A stretch of 63,704 nt of DNA from Promethearchaeota archaeon (GCA_011364975.1 RDOE01000007.1:1-63704); one strand, 5' to 3'; positions 9,130 to 19,856 are shown, numbered from the stretch's first letter. The notes: generated from the sequence alone by a model not told the origin. Made by a program: numbers and translations.

Positions 9130-9144
9130 ATAAAGTGAAAAAAA

Positions 9145-9540
9145 ATGGATTATAATATTCTTGATAACTTAAAGTATACCCAAACTCATGAATGGGTTAA
9201 AATAGAAGGAATAAATGCTATTACAGGTATTTCAGATTATGCTCAACACCAATTAGGTGATATTGTATATATAGAACTCCCTAATATTGGTGAAACTATT
9301 GAGAAGGGAAGTTCTGCTGGAGAGATAGAATCTGTTAAAGCTGTGGGTGAGTTTTTAATGCCGTTAACAGGAAAGGTAATACAAATTAATAATCTTCTTT
9401 CAGAAAACCCTGAAATAGTAAATCAATCACCATATGATAAAGGATGGCTAATTAAAATTGAAATTTTAAATCTTAAGGAAGAAAATGAGTTAATCTCAGC
9501 AGATGAATACAAGAACATCATAGAAAGAGAAGATAAATAA
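9145..9540 (+). CDS. gcvH: Glycine cleavage system H protein
   Basis: YTQTHEW, GISDYAQ, lipoyl-lysine motif ESVKA, PYDKGW. Confidence 0.95.
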   Translation: MDYNILDNLKYTQTHEWVKIEGINAITGISDYAQHQLGDIVYIELPNIGETIEKGSSAGEIESVKAVGEFLMPLTGKVIQINNLLSENPEIVNQSPYDKGWLIKIEILNLKEENELISADEYKNIIEREDK

Positions 9541-9597
9541 ATTTTTTTCTAATCTAAAATTTTATTTTTTAACTTGAAAATTAATTTGTGATTTAAT

Positions 9598-10944
9598 ATG
9601 GAATTCATTCCACATGATGATCAGACAATTATAGAAATGTTACGCACAATCGGTGTTGAAAATATTAATGATTTATTCAGGGATATTCCTAAAGATTTAT
9701 TAATTGAATCATTAGGCTTACCTACTGGTTTATCAGAGCCTGACTTGTTAAAGACAATGAAACAACTCTCCGAACTAAATCATGTATATGATAGTTCATT
9801 TATAGGTGCAGGATGTTATTTTCATTATATTCCTTCCTTAGTTGATTTTATAATTAACCGCTCCGAATTCTATACATCATATACCCCCTATCAAGCAGAG
9901 GCTAGTCAAGGTTATTTACAAGCAATTTATGAATATCAAACTATAATCTCTCAATTAACGAAAATGGATATTGCAAATGCTAGCATGTATGATGGATCTA
10001 CAGCTTTAGCTGAAGCAATTATTATGGCGTCAGGAGTTAGGCAGAAAACTACTATTCTTATAATAGAAGGAATTCATCCGGAATACATTAATGTTATCAA
10101 AACTTATTGCTGGGGTCATGGGTTAAATTATAAAATCCTTAGAATAGAAGATCTAAATTTGGAATTAACTGATGATATAGCAGCAGTTGCATTTCAAAGT
10201 CCGAACTTTTTTGGGGAAATTCAAAATATTGAGAAATTAGTTGAAAAAGTCAGATTAAAATCACCTTCTTGTCTTATTATTCAGGTTATGACTGATCCAA
10301 CTTGTTTGGGATTGTTAAAACCCCCCGGAGAATTAGATATTGATATATTTGTAGCAGAAGGACAATCCTTTGGAATTCCTCCATCATTCGGTGGACCAGG
10401 GCTAGGGATATTCACTGCAAAACAAAAATATCTAAGAAAAATTCCCGGACGATTAGTGGGGAAAACTAAGGAACTCTTTGGTGATCAAGAAGGTTTTATT
10501 TTGACACTACAGGCTAGAGAGCAACATATACGAAGAGAAAAAGCAAGCTCTAATATATGCACTAATCAAGCCTTATGTTCTTTATCAGCACTTATTTATC
10601 TTCTTTCAGTAGGTAAAAGGGGATTAGAAGAAATTGCGAAGCAGAATTTTCAAAAATCAAATTTTTTAAAAAAAAATCTTGCGAAGATACCGGGTTATGA
10701 AATTAAGAGTAAAAATCCAACCTATAATGAATTTGTGATTAAGTGCCCTAATCTTGATGCACTAATAGATGAATGTGAAAAGGTTAATATAATGCCTCCA
10801 CTAAAACTAACTCATTATTACCCTGAAATGAAAAACTTAGCTTTAGTTTGCGTTACAGAAATAAATACTTTTGAATCAATTAAAGCTTTTCTCAAAGCGG
10901 CAAATACAGCAATAAATATAGGAGGAGTTAAGGATGGGTTCTGA
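9598..10944 (+). CDS. gcvPA: Glycine dehydrogenase (decarboxylating) subunit 1
   Basis: SEFYTSYTPYQAEASQG, NASMYDG, REQHIRREKASSNICTNQ. Confidence 0.95.
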   Translation: MEFIPHDDQTIIEMLRTIGVENINDLFRDIPKDLLIESLGLPTGLSEPDLLKTMKQLSELNHVYDSSFIGAGCYFHYIPSLVDFIINRSEFYTSYTPYQAEASQGYLQAIYEYQTIISQLTKMDIANASMYDGSTALAEAIIMASGVRQKTTILIIEGIHPEYINVIKTYCWGHGLNYKILRIEDLNLELTDDIAAVAFQSPNFFGEIQNIEKLVEKVRLKSPSCLIIQVMTDPTCLGLLKPPGELDIDIFVAEGQSFGIPPSFGGPGLGIFTAKQKYLRKIPGRLVGKTKELFGDQEGFILTLQAREQHIRREKASSNICTNQALCSLSALIYLLSVGKRGLEEIAKQNFQKSNFLKKNLAKIPGYEIKSKNPTYNEFVIKCPNLDALIDECEKVNIMPPLKLTHYYPEMKNLALVCVTEINTFESIKAFLKAANTAINIGGVKDGF

Positions 10945-12370
10945 GCCAGTATTAATCTTCAGCAAGCAAGTTAAAAAATCTCAAAAAAATTTCATCCCAA
11001 AAATGGATTTGGAAGAGGTTTCACTTGAAAATATTCTTCCAAAAGAATATCAAAGGACTGACTTAAACATACCAGAAATACCAGAAATTGAAATAGTTCG
11101 ACATTATATTGGGTTAAGTAAGAAAAATTATGGAGTAGATACTGGAATATATCCTCTTGGCTCTTGTACTATGAAATATAATCCTAAAATCAATGAAGTA
11201 ATAGCTAGACTACCTGGTTTTGCTAATATCCATCCATTACAAACAAAGAATGAAGGTGCTTTGACATTAATTTTTGAAATGGCTAAATTATTAGGCAAAA
11301 TTACAGGAATGGACGGTTTTACAATGCAACCGGCAGCTGGAGCTCATGGAGAATTAACGGGATTATTCATTATGAAAAAATATTTTGAAAATAAAAATAT
11401 AAATAAAACTAAAATTATTATCCCTGATTCTGCTCACGGTACAAATCCTGCCTCAGCCGCAATCGCAGGCTTTTCTATAATTGAATTAGAATCTAATGAA
11501 TCTGGTGAAGTTCCAATAGATCAACTTGAATTTGCCATGAAAGAGGGAGATGTTGCAGGAATAATGTTAACAAATCCAAACACTCTTGGAGTTTTTGATT
11601 CTCAAATATTGGAAATAACAAGAATAGTACACAAATATGGGGGATTATGTTATTATGATGGAGCTAATCTTAACCCTGTTTTAGGTATTTGTAGACCAGG
11701 AGATATGGGCTTTGATATTGTTCATTTGAACCTACATAAAACCTTTTCTACTCCTCATGGTGGAGGTGGTCCGGGATCAGGTCCTGTTGGAGTCAAGGAA
11801 GAATTAATTCAATTTCTACCAGAGCCCTGCCTCATTTCTACTCGTTCTGGAATATATTGTCGTGAAAATAGCAATACTTCTATTGGTTATATAAAAGCGT
11901 TCTGGGGTAATTTTGGTATAATTGTTCGAGCATATGCTTACATTATAGCATTGGGTGCTGAAGGACTCAAAAGAGTAGGACAGATTTCAGTCTTAAATGC
12001 GAATTACTTGAGAGTCTTATTAAAAAGTAAATATAACCTTCCATATGACCGATTATGTTTTCATGAATTCATTCTTACTGATAAAAAGATACCAAATGGA
12101 GTTACTACTGAAGATATTGCAAAACGAATTTTGGATTATGGATTTTATGCTCCTACAATTTATTTTCCGTTAATTGTTAGTGGAGCGATGATGATTGAAC
12201 CTACTGAAACAGAAACGAAAACATCTTTAGACCAATTTTATGATGTCTTAATAACGATATATAAAGAAGCAGAAAGTACACCAGAATTACTTAAAAAAGC
12301 ACCGTTTAATACCCCAATAGGGCGATTAGATGCAGTTTTGGCGGCAAGAAAGCCAGTACTAAAGGAATAA
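10934..12370 (+). CDS. gcvPB: Glycine dehydrogenase (decarboxylating) subunit 2
   Basis: YPLGSCTMKYNP, SAHGTNPAS, PLP lysine motif HLNLHKTFSTPHGGGGPG, IEPTETE. Confidence 0.95.
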   Translation: MGSEPVLIFSKQVKKSQKNFIPKMDLEEVSLENILPKEYQRTDLNIPEIPEIEIVRHYIGLSKKNYGVDTGIYPLGSCTMKYNPKINEVIARLPGFANIHPLQTKNEGALTLIFEMAKLLGKITGMDGFTMQPAAGAHGELTGLFIMKKYFENKNINKTKIIIPDSAHGTNPASAAIAGFSIIELESNESGEVPIDQLEFAMKEGDVAGIMLTNPNTLGVFDSQILEITRIVHKYGGLCYYDGANLNPVLGICRPGDMGFDIVHLNLHKTFSTPHGGGGPGSGPVGVKEELIQFLPEPCLISTRSGIYCRENSNTSIGYIKAFWGNFGIIVRAYAYIIALGAEGLKRVGQISVLNANYLRVLLKSKYNLPYDRLCFHEFILTDKKIPNGVTTEDIAKRILDYGFYAPTIYFPLIVSGAMMIEPTETETKTSLDQFYDVLITIYKEAESTPELLKKAPFNTPIGRLDAVLAARKPVLKE

Positions 12371-12401
12371 ATCTTAATTAATAATTTTTAATTCATTTTA
12401 T

Positions 12402-13265
12402 TTATAAGAGAGCATCTTTAAGAGAATGATGACAAGAACAATCTCTTCTCGTATCAAGCTTTTCTAGAGCTAATTCTAATAGTTTCTTCAAATTTTCTGC
12501 ATTTTGAGTCATCGTTTCCAGAACCTCTGGTACATTAACGGATAATTCATCAACAACACTACCACATTTATAACAACGTAGCGCATATTCTACAATTCCA
12601 CAATTGGGACATTTACCGGCCCAAACATCTAAATCTGTAACCATAGCAATGCAACAATAACATATTTCCTTTTCAGCAGCTAAAACAACTTCTGGATATG
12701 TTGTCATTCCAACTATATCGCCTTCCCAACGGCGAAACATTTTTGATTCAGCTCTGGTCGAAAACCTGGGACCTTCAATGCAAACATAGATGCCTCCTTT
12801 TTGAATGGTTAATTTACTTTCTTTCCCTGCTTGATAAAAAATATCGTTTAAATACTCACAGTATGGATTTACTTGACTTATATGACATAATTGACCCCCT
12901 TCGTAAAATGTATCTTCTCTTTTTTTGGTTCTGTCAATATATTGATCAACTAAAATAAATTTACCTTTTGTATGTTCTTTCTTCAAAGAACCAACAGCTG
13001 ATGGTGATATTAAAAATTTGACTCCTAATTCTTTCAAAGCCCAGATATTGGCTCTAAAATTGATATTATGAGGAGGAATAATATGACCTTGGCCATGTCG
13101 GGGAATATATGCTACATTCTTTCCTTTAAAGTCCCCTATACTAATTGTCGAAGATGGACTTCCGAATGGGGTATATACTTTTATTTCTTTGAGATTATTT
13201 AGTGCTATATCAGAGCCCGTTCCACCAATTAAACCAATTTCAATATTTTGTTGTAATTTTTCCAT
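12402..13265 (-). CDS. mtnP: 5'-methylthioadenosine phosphorylase family, with zinc-ribbon-like insertion
   Basis: IGGTG, PRHG, NFRANIWALK, EGPRFSTRAES, GMT, VTDLD. Inserted CPNC...CYKC; C-terminal CSC. Confidence 0.88.
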   Translation of the reverse strand: MEKLQQNIEIGLIGGTGSDIALNNLKEIKVYTPFGSPSSTISIGDFKGKNVAYIPRHGQGHIIPPHNINFRANIWALKELGVKFLISPSAVGSLKKEHTKGKFILVDQYIDRTKKREDTFYEGGQLCHISQVNPYCEYLNDIFYQAGKESKLTIQKGGIYVCIEGPRFSTRAESKMFRRWEGDIVGMTTYPEVVLAAEKEICYCCIAMVTDLDVWAGKCPNCGIVEYALRCYKCGSVVDELSVNVPEVLETMTQNAENLKKLLELALEKLDTRRDCSCHHSLKDALL

Positions 13266-13363
13266 AATTAATTTATATTATTTTTATTTTTTTTTAGATA
13301 AAATAAAATAAAACTTGAAAAATTTTAAAGATTATAAATAGGAAAATTATAAAAATAAAAATA

Positions 13364-14122
13364 GTGAACAATATGGTTAAAATTGGAATTATTGGAGGTT
13401 CCGGATTGGATAATCCAGATATTTTAAAAGAAGCAAAAGATATTGAAGTGGATACTGCTTATGGTAAACCAAGTTCTTCACTGAAGGTAGGCAAAATTCA
13501 TGACATCGATGTGGTTCTTCTAGCAAGACATGGAAGAAACCATACCATACCTCCAACACAGGTAAATTACCGAGCAAATATACAATCTTTGAAAGATCAG
13601 GGATGTAGTCATATCTTAGCGACTACAGCATGTGGAAGTTTAAGGGAAGAAATCGGAAGAGGGGATTTAGTAATTCTTGATCAGTTTATCGACTTTACTA
13701 GATTAAGAAAAGTGAGTTTTTTCGAAGAGTTCCCTCCAGGCGAGGCAAAACATACAGCTATGCCCTATCCTTATTCTGAAGAACTTAGAAAAATACTTAT
13801 TGAAACTGCTAAAGAATTGAATCTAAAGTATCATGATAAAGGAACTGTTGTTACAATTGAAGGACCCAGGTTTTCGACCAGAGCTGAATCGGAAATGTTC
13901 AGAATCTGGGGAGCTGATGTAATTAATATGAGTATAGCTCCCGAGACAATTCTTGCTAATGAAGCAGGAGTTCCATTTGCAGCAGTTGCTATGTCCACAG
14001 ATTATGATTGTTGGAAAGATGATGAAGCGCCAGTGACTTGGGATGAAATTTTAGAAATTTTTAGTCAAAATGTTAACAATGTTATTGCTTTATTAACAAA
14101 TACGATAAAAAAGATAAAATAA
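13364..14122 (+). CDS. mtnP: 5'-methylthioadenosine phosphorylase, second paralog (probable ATG start at 13373)
   Basis: KIGIIGGSGLDNPDIL, ARHG, TTACGSLREEI, EGPRFSTRAES, INMS, TDYDCWK. Confidence 0.92.
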   Translation: MNNMVKIGIIGGSGLDNPDILKEAKDIEVDTAYGKPSSSLKVGKIHDIDVVLLARHGRNHTIPPTQVNYRANIQSLKDQGCSHILATTACGSLREEIGRGDLVILDQFIDFTRLRKVSFFEEFPPGEAKHTAMPYPYSEELRKILIETAKELNLKYHDKGTVVTIEGPRFSTRAESEMFRIWGADVINMSIAPETILANEAGVPFAAVAMSTDYDCWKDDEAPVTWDEILEIFSQNVNNVIALLTNTIKKIK

Positions 14123-14277
14123 ACAATTTAATTAAAGAATTCAATTTGGACTTTTATTTTCCTAACTTATTTTTTATTTAAATTTTAATTATAATAAAAA
14201 CATTGAAATTTCTTGCTTGTTTAAACTAGGTAATATCATTTCAGATATGAATAAGAATATTTTGACATTATCCATTT

Positions 14278-15582
14278 ATGCCTAAAATCACCTTTCTAGG
14301 AGCTTGCAGAGAAGTTGGACGTTCTGCAGTTCTAATTGAATCAAATTCAGGAACTCAATGCATTTTAGATTATGGGGTTAGATTCAATGAAGAAGAGAGA
14401 CTTCCAGTATATAGTAACCTAAATAGACTTAAAGCTGCGGCATTGACGCATTGTCACATAGATCATTCCGGGGCAATACCATATCTTTATAAAAATAATG
14501 AAATCCCCCTTTTTACTAACCCTATAACTCTTAGAGTATCTGAAATCTTATTAGAAGATATGATTAAAATATCTAATTATCCTTACCCTTTTGGTTATAA
14601 AGAATTAAAAAGATTAAAGCAACATAGTTTTTTTCTTAAAAATGGAGTACGTCAAAAAATAGATAATAATTTTTACCTCACCTTCTTCAATGCAGGTCAT
14701 ATTCCTGGAAGTGTTTCAATTTTAGTGCAAGTTGACAATAAGAAAATCTTATACACTGGGGATCTTAATACAATTCCTACTAACCTCATTGATCCAGCTC
14801 AACCGAATTCTATGCCTGAAATCGATGTTTTAATTATTGAGTCAACTTATTCAACAACAGAACATCCCGCAAGAAATACATTAGAAAAAAAGTTTATTGA
14901 CAATGTGGTAAATACTATTGAAACGGGAGGCAATGTATTAATACCTGCATTTGGGGTTGCTCGTTCGCAAGAAATTATGCTTATTTTAAAGAAATATGGA
15001 TATAAAAATAAAATATTTTTCGATGGTTTAGCTCAGAAAGTAGCAATCACATACACGAATTTCCCAGATACAATAAAAGACTTTAATTTTTTTAAAAAAG
15101 CATTAAAAAGTGTTGAATTTATTTCAAGGAGAAATAGACTAAAAATTGCAAAATCTGAAAAAAATGTAATTATAGCACCTTCCGGTATGTTAAAGGGTGG
15201 CGCGGCAGTTGAACATCTCCATCATATCATAAATGATCCATATTCAGCAATCTATTTAGTAGGATATCAAATAGAGGGAACACCAGGAAGAAAACTATTA
15301 GATGAGGGTATATTTGAATTAAATTATAATCAAAGAAATACAAATTTGCAGGAACCGATTAAAATTAGAGCGAATTGTGATATTAATTATTTTGATTTTT
15401 CTAGTCATGCTGATAAAATTCATTTATATCAATATATTAACGATTTGACTTTAAATAAAAACTCCAACTTCATTTTTTGTGTTCATGGGGATGAAAAAGC
15501 AACAACAAATTTTGCAGGAGATTTGAGTAATAATGGCTTTAATTCTATTGCTCCTGAAATAGGAGAAACTTATCAAATTTAA
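14278..15582 (+). CDS. Beta-CASP metallo-beta-lactamase ribonuclease (aCPSF family, no KH domains)
   Basis: LGACREVGRS, HCHIDH, AGHIPGS, YTGD, ESTY, SGML, VGYQ, FSSHAD, VHGD. Confidence 0.9.
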   Translation: MPKITFLGACREVGRSAVLIESNSGTQCILDYGVRFNEEERLPVYSNLNRLKAAALTHCHIDHSGAIPYLYKNNEIPLFTNPITLRVSEILLEDMIKISNYPYPFGYKELKRLKQHSFFLKNGVRQKIDNNFYLTFFNAGHIPGSVSILVQVDNKKILYTGDLNTIPTNLIDPAQPNSMPEIDVLIIESTYSTTEHPARNTLEKKFIDNVVNTIETGGNVLIPAFGVARSQEIMLILKKYGYKNKIFFDGLAQKVAITYTNFPDTIKDFNFFKKALKSVEFISRRNRLKIAKSEKNVIIAPSGMLKGGAAVEHLHHIINDPYSAIYLVGYQIEGTPGRKLLDEGIFELNYNQRNTNLQEPIKIRANCDINYFDFSSHADKIHLYQYINDLTLNKNSNFIFCVHGDEKATTNFAGDLSNNGFNSIAPEIGETYQI

Positions 15583-15601
15583 AATCAGAAATACTAAATT
15601 A

Positions 15602-17104
15602 TTAAATCTTCAATTGCCTCTTTACTATTAAATCGCAATTATCTAAAAACTCACTGATTTTACCAATAGGAACCTTAGTTCCAGCAGCAGGTGGATGACC
15701 ACCACCTAATGCATTTAAGTGGCAAAGTTCCAAAGCTTGCCTTATAACTTCAGAAAGATTTACACCTTTGTTTACTATATCTTCATGTGCCCTTGCCGAT
15801 ATTTTATACACTTCTTCCCCTTCTCTTTTTGCACATCCAAAAATCGGTTTGCATTTATCTATTATGCCACTTTTATCAAAAATCAACATAGAAGCTATAG
15901 TTCCTATAATATTTTCAGAAATTACCTCTTCACCAAAAAAGTATTGAATATTCTCTTTAAATTGTATTTTTTGATTATCCTGAATCCAAAGCAATGCTTC
16001 TTGTATTGTTCGTTTGTATGTTATTAATTGTTCTTGAGCTTTTCTGTAAGCAACTTTGCGGTCTCCCATTGCAATAGCAATACCTAATGAGCCGTTATTA
16101 CTTCTTCCACATGAATTCAATAAATTAGAAAAATCATTAAGATCATGAAGTTCCGAACCTATTATTTCATGTTTAAGTACATATCTATTAACAATTAATT
16201 TAGAAATGATTTCTGCTGGTTCTATATCTAACTTTAAGGAAACAAATTCTATAATTGCTGAAGAGATTTTTTGTTTCTCATCTTGAGTTAAATCATTCAA
16301 TGTCTTTATATTCCCTTGTGAATTTTCCATTAAAATACCTAATTTTTGCAAAAATTTTAAGGTTTTACTTGTATTTCCACTAAGTCCGGGCAAATTAATT
16401 TCAGAAGAATAAGCAATCGACTCATTTAATGGTTTAATTGGTGAAAAATTCAAATCATCAATTACTTCAACTAAATCAGCAACAAGCGCATCATTTAAAA
16501 TCAAGCTATTCAAACCAAAAAAAGTATTATTTGGCCCTTGATTTTGAATATCACCAGTTGCCCCAACAAGAGCTATTGAAGAGAGATCTATATTTTTATT
16601 ATTGAGGGTTTTTGCAAAATAATAACAAATACCCGCCCCAGATACTTCATTACTCCCATCAATGTCATAAAAATAGGGATTAATGTGCCATGGTGTTGAT
16701 TTAAGATATACCTCTCTAACTTTTTCATCGGTTTTATTTACAACTTCCTGAGGTAGATGGTGATCAAGTATCAGATATGGTATATCTTTTGATAACTTAG
16801 TTTGAAGTTCTAAATATTGTCCACTTCCAAAATCGGAAAAAATTAAAAAAGTTTTATTGTTACTATTTTCTGCAATTTTTGTTATTTCTTCTCTCTCCAA
16901 TTGCTTTAATATGGAAATTTGAAATGAGACTTTTTCTCTATAGAGCGCTTTTCCGATAATCGCTCCCGAAGTTAACCCATCAGCATCAAGATGAGTATAA
17001 ATATGCACAGAACCTTCAATACTATTTAAATGATTATAAAAAAATTCTTTTGTTTTAATTAAATCTGAATTGAGATGATCTAATTTAGTATTTATTTGGG
17101 TCAT
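15602..17104 (-). CDS. RecJ/GAN/Cdc45-like DHH-DHHA1 nuclease
   Basis: HLDADG, DFGSG, LDHH, GATGD, NSCGR, KISAR, GGGHPPAAG. Probable ATG at 17104 (ORF open from TTG 17128). Confidence 0.88.
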   Translation of the reverse strand: MTQINTKLDHLNSDLIKTKEFFYNHLNSIEGSVHIYTHLDADGLTSGAIIGKALYREKVSFQISILKQLEREEITKIAENSNNKTFLIFSDFGSGQYLELQTKLSKDIPYLILDHHLPQEVVNKTDEKVREVYLKSTPWHINPYFYDIDGSNEVSGAGICYYFAKTLNNKNIDLSSIALVGATGDIQNQGPNNTFFGLNSLILNDALVADLVEVIDDLNFSPIKPLNESIAYSSEINLPGLSGNTSKTLKFLQKLGILMENSQGNIKTLNDLTQDEKQKISSAIIEFVSLKLDIEPAEIISKLIVNRYVLKHEIIGSELHDLNDFSNLLNSCGRSNNGSLGIAIAMGDRKVAYRKAQEQLITYKRTIQEALLWIQDNQKIQFKENIQYFFGEEVISENIIGTIASMLIFDKSGIIDKCKPIFGCAKREGEEVYKISARAHEDIVNKGVNLSEVIRQALELCHLNALGGGHPPAAGTKVPIGKISEFLDNCDLIVKRQLKI

Positions 17105-17188
17105 AATTTTATAAAATTTTAATATCAACTAGCCTTAATATATTAAAATAAGAAATTAATAATAAATACTCAATTAAAAAACTTTAAT

Positions 17189-18190
17189 GTGAAAAAAATG
17201 CATCAAATAAAAATTAATCAACTAGCTTTAAACCTAGTCAAAAAATTAATTGATAATAAGGATTACTACAAAGCAAAAATTCAGAAATTGGAAAGTGGCG
17301 CAACGGTTATAGATATGACAGATGGTTCTTGGGATGGTGGTAAATTAGTCGGAGAGATTTGTATGGGGGGATTAGGAACAGTGGAATTTTCAAATTATAA
17401 TTTAGGTAATCACTTTTTTCCAGCAGTTAACGTATACACTTCTTATCCTATAATTTCTTGCTTAGCATCACAATTAGCGGGATGGAGTGTTAAATTAAAG
17501 AAAGAAGTAGAAAAAGATGGAAACATAAAAAAAAAAGTTGTATTTCAATCATTAGGGTCAGGACCTGCTAGAGCAAAAGCTAAAGGAGAAAAATTGTTTG
17601 AGGAAATCAATTATAATGATGACTCTGATTGCGCTGTCATAGTTTTTGAAACCCGGGAAATGCCTAATGAAGAAGTAATGTCAATAGTAACTGAAAAATG
17701 CAACGTTAGCGCTGAAAATACATATGCCGTCTGTGCTCCTACAGCAAGTTTAGTCGGATCTATTCAAGTTGCAGCTAGAATTGTCGAAACGGGTATTCAT
17801 AAGCTTCATGAAATTCATTTTCCTTTAGACATAATAATGGATGGATTTGGAACAGTTCCAATAGCACCTATTGCTAAAGATGATTTTGCAGCGATGGGCC
17901 CCCCAAATGATGCAATGTTTGCAGTGGGTAAAACTTTTTATACAATTAAGATAGAAAAAGAAAAGGAAGAAGAAATCTTTAATATCATTCAAAAGGCTCC
18001 AGCAAGTACGTCATCTAGTTATGGTAAACCATTTAATGATATATTCAAAGAAGCAGAATATGATTTTTATAAGATAGATCCTGGATTATTTGCCCCTGCA
18101 ATTTATACGATAAATAACATTAAAACAGGAAAGAATTTTACTGTTGGAACTAAAGATGAGAATTTGTTAAAATTATCTTTTAAATTATAA
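17189..18190 (+). CDS. mch: Methenyltetrahydromethanopterin cyclohydrolase
   Basis: EICMGGLG, SQLAGW, LGSGPARA, PTASLVGSIQVAARIVETG, YGKPF, FYKIDPGLFAPA. Confidence 0.92.
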   Translation: MKKMHQIKINQLALNLVKKLIDNKDYYKAKIQKLESGATVIDMTDGSWDGGKLVGEICMGGLGTVEFSNYNLGNHFFPAVNVYTSYPIISCLASQLAGWSVKLKKEVEKDGNIKKKVVFQSLGSGPARAKAKGEKLFEEINYNDDSDCAVIVFETREMPNEEVMSIVTEKCNVSAENTYAVCAPTASLVGSIQVAARIVETGIHKLHEIHFPLDIIMDGFGTVPIAPIAKDDFAAMGPPNDAMFAVGKTFYTIKIEKEKEEEIFNIIQKAPASTSSSYGKPFNDIFKEAEYDFYKIDPGLFAPAIYTINNIKTGKNFTVGTKDENLLKLSFKL

Positions 18191-18212
18191 TTTTTTTATT
18201 TAAAAAAAATCT

Positions 18213-19409
18213 CTAAAAATTAGTCAATTCCTCTTGATACTTTATAATTTCCGCATCAGAAATATCTCTATCAAATTTAATTTCCTTTTGAATACCTAAA
18301 TAAGCACATGCTATCTTTGCTGCAGCTGCAACTTCAGCTTTTTTAAGCGTAATAGAATAATCTTCAACTGGTCTGGAATGAGTATCATATCCTGATGTTC
18401 TGTAATATCCGTCACTTAATGGTTCATCATTGGAATAAGACGTGTTATAATACTGTTCACGATCATGTTTATGTTCTGTCATTTGTAAAGCTCTTTCAGA
18501 TTTCATTTTATATAACAAGGATGCCATTTTATCAGCCACCTTAAAGGGAAGTTGATTTTTAACAATTAAACGGATGATATTATTAATGTCAAAATAATTC
18601 AAGGTATCAAATTTAACCCGTAAAAAACTCTTTAAATTTTCAGAATCTTTTTCACATTCAATTTCTGTCCAATCATGAATCGCTAATCTCCTTCGGAAAA
18701 AAAATAGTTCCCAATCTATGCCTAATTCTTTTAAAAACTCTAATAACTTTTCATCGTTAGGTTTACGGGTCTCTATTGTAATGAAGAGCTGAAGTCCATA
18801 ATATTTATGTTCTTGTTGTAGAAAATATCCCCGTTGCTGCATAGACGCTAATATCTTTATCTTAACATAAAAGATATTCTCTGAGGGATCTTTTTTTTCA
18901 CATTTTAGATATACAACATTACCTTCTTCGTTGATATATTCTGCATCTAAAAACCCCAAAATACTATCATCATTATCCTTTATAAACTCTCTTAAGCCAC
19001 TTAGGGTGGGTTTTACATCATATTTTACTAAATCACTGTCTCGAATTGTCACATAATCTCTTTTACTGCTTCCAATTGCTAAACGTATAGCTCTTACTTT
19101 TAAATCTTTCTCTTCGCCAAATACATTTTTAAATGCATCGATAAGTGGAAATATTTCATCCTCTAATATTTTAATACTTGCCATAGAGCTTTCATAGGGT
19201 TCTGCTTCACTTATAAATTTATTAATGACGGGTGCTTCTGAAGCTTCAACTTCTATCTCATAATCTTTAGCGAGATTTTTTCTAATAACACAAATAGATC
19301 TCTTTTTTTCATTATACATATATAGTGAAGTTGAACTATCTAAAACTGCTCGAAATTGCTCTTTTAATTTATCCTCAGCATTTTTTGATTTTAATTTTCT
19401 GCTTCTCAT
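18213..19409 (-). CDS. Hypothetical protein
   Basis: 398-aa ORF, no recognised motif. Confidence 0.7.
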   Translation of the reverse strand: MRSRKLKSKNAEDKLKEQFRAVLDSSTSLYMYNEKKRSICVIRKNLAKDYEIEVEASEAPVINKFISEAEPYESSMASIKILEDEIFPLIDAFKNVFGEEKDLKVRAIRLAIGSSKRDYVTIRDSDLVKYDVKPTLSGLREFIKDNDDSILGFLDAEYINEEGNVVYLKCEKKDPSENIFYVKIKILASMQQRGYFLQQEHKYYGLQLFITIETRKPNDEKLLEFLKELGIDWELFFFRRRLAIHDWTEIECEKDSENLKSFLRVKFDTLNYFDINNIIRLIVKNQLPFKVADKMASLLYKMKSERALQMTEHKHDREQYYNTSYSNDEPLSDGYYRTSGYDTHSRPVEDYSITLKKAEVAAAAKIACAYLGIQKEIKFDRDISDAEIIKYQEELTNF

Positions 19410-19606
19410 GTTTATTTAAAACAATCAAATTATCTCTATGTCTATTTTTAAATAAAAAAAATAATCTTATAATCTTATGGATATCAAAAAATAAATTGTC
19501 TTTTGATTAACAAATTTCTAAATTTAATAAGCAAAAAAATAATTTAAAAACCAGTATAGTTCAATGATTTACTGAAAATAAAAAATAAATTATCCAAATA
19601 TCCTGA

Positions 19607-19786
19607 TTATTTTATCTCTTGCTCTAAAAAATAGTTGTCTCCTTTTTTTATATAAATCATTGTTGAACCAAAATTATTTCTTACAGTAATTTTATTCCCT
19701 TCAACGTTTAAAATTTCTATTGAATAGGGTAAACGTCTACCTTTCATAATTTCTTCAGCTATTTGCTTCTCTTCTTCGTAATCCAT
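19607..19786 (-). CDS. Small hypothetical protein
   Basis: MDYEEEKQIAEEIMKG...; protein-like composition, fills the gap between genes. Confidence 0.6.
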   Translation of the reverse strand: MDYEEEKQIAEEIMKGRRLPYSIEILNVEGNKITVRNNFGSTMIYIKKGDNYFLEQEIK

Positions 19787-19856
19787 AATTAACAAAGTTA
19801 AGTATTAAAAAAAAATTTTATGATTTTAAATTATACTATAAAAAAAAACTTCATCC

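Noticed and set aside
17894-17930. mch segment MGPPNDAMFAVG deviates from the expected MGxTNDxxxxGG
   Set aside because: Clustered substitutions in a C-run (ggccccccaaat) look like local base-call errors. Cannot be treated as biology without reads.
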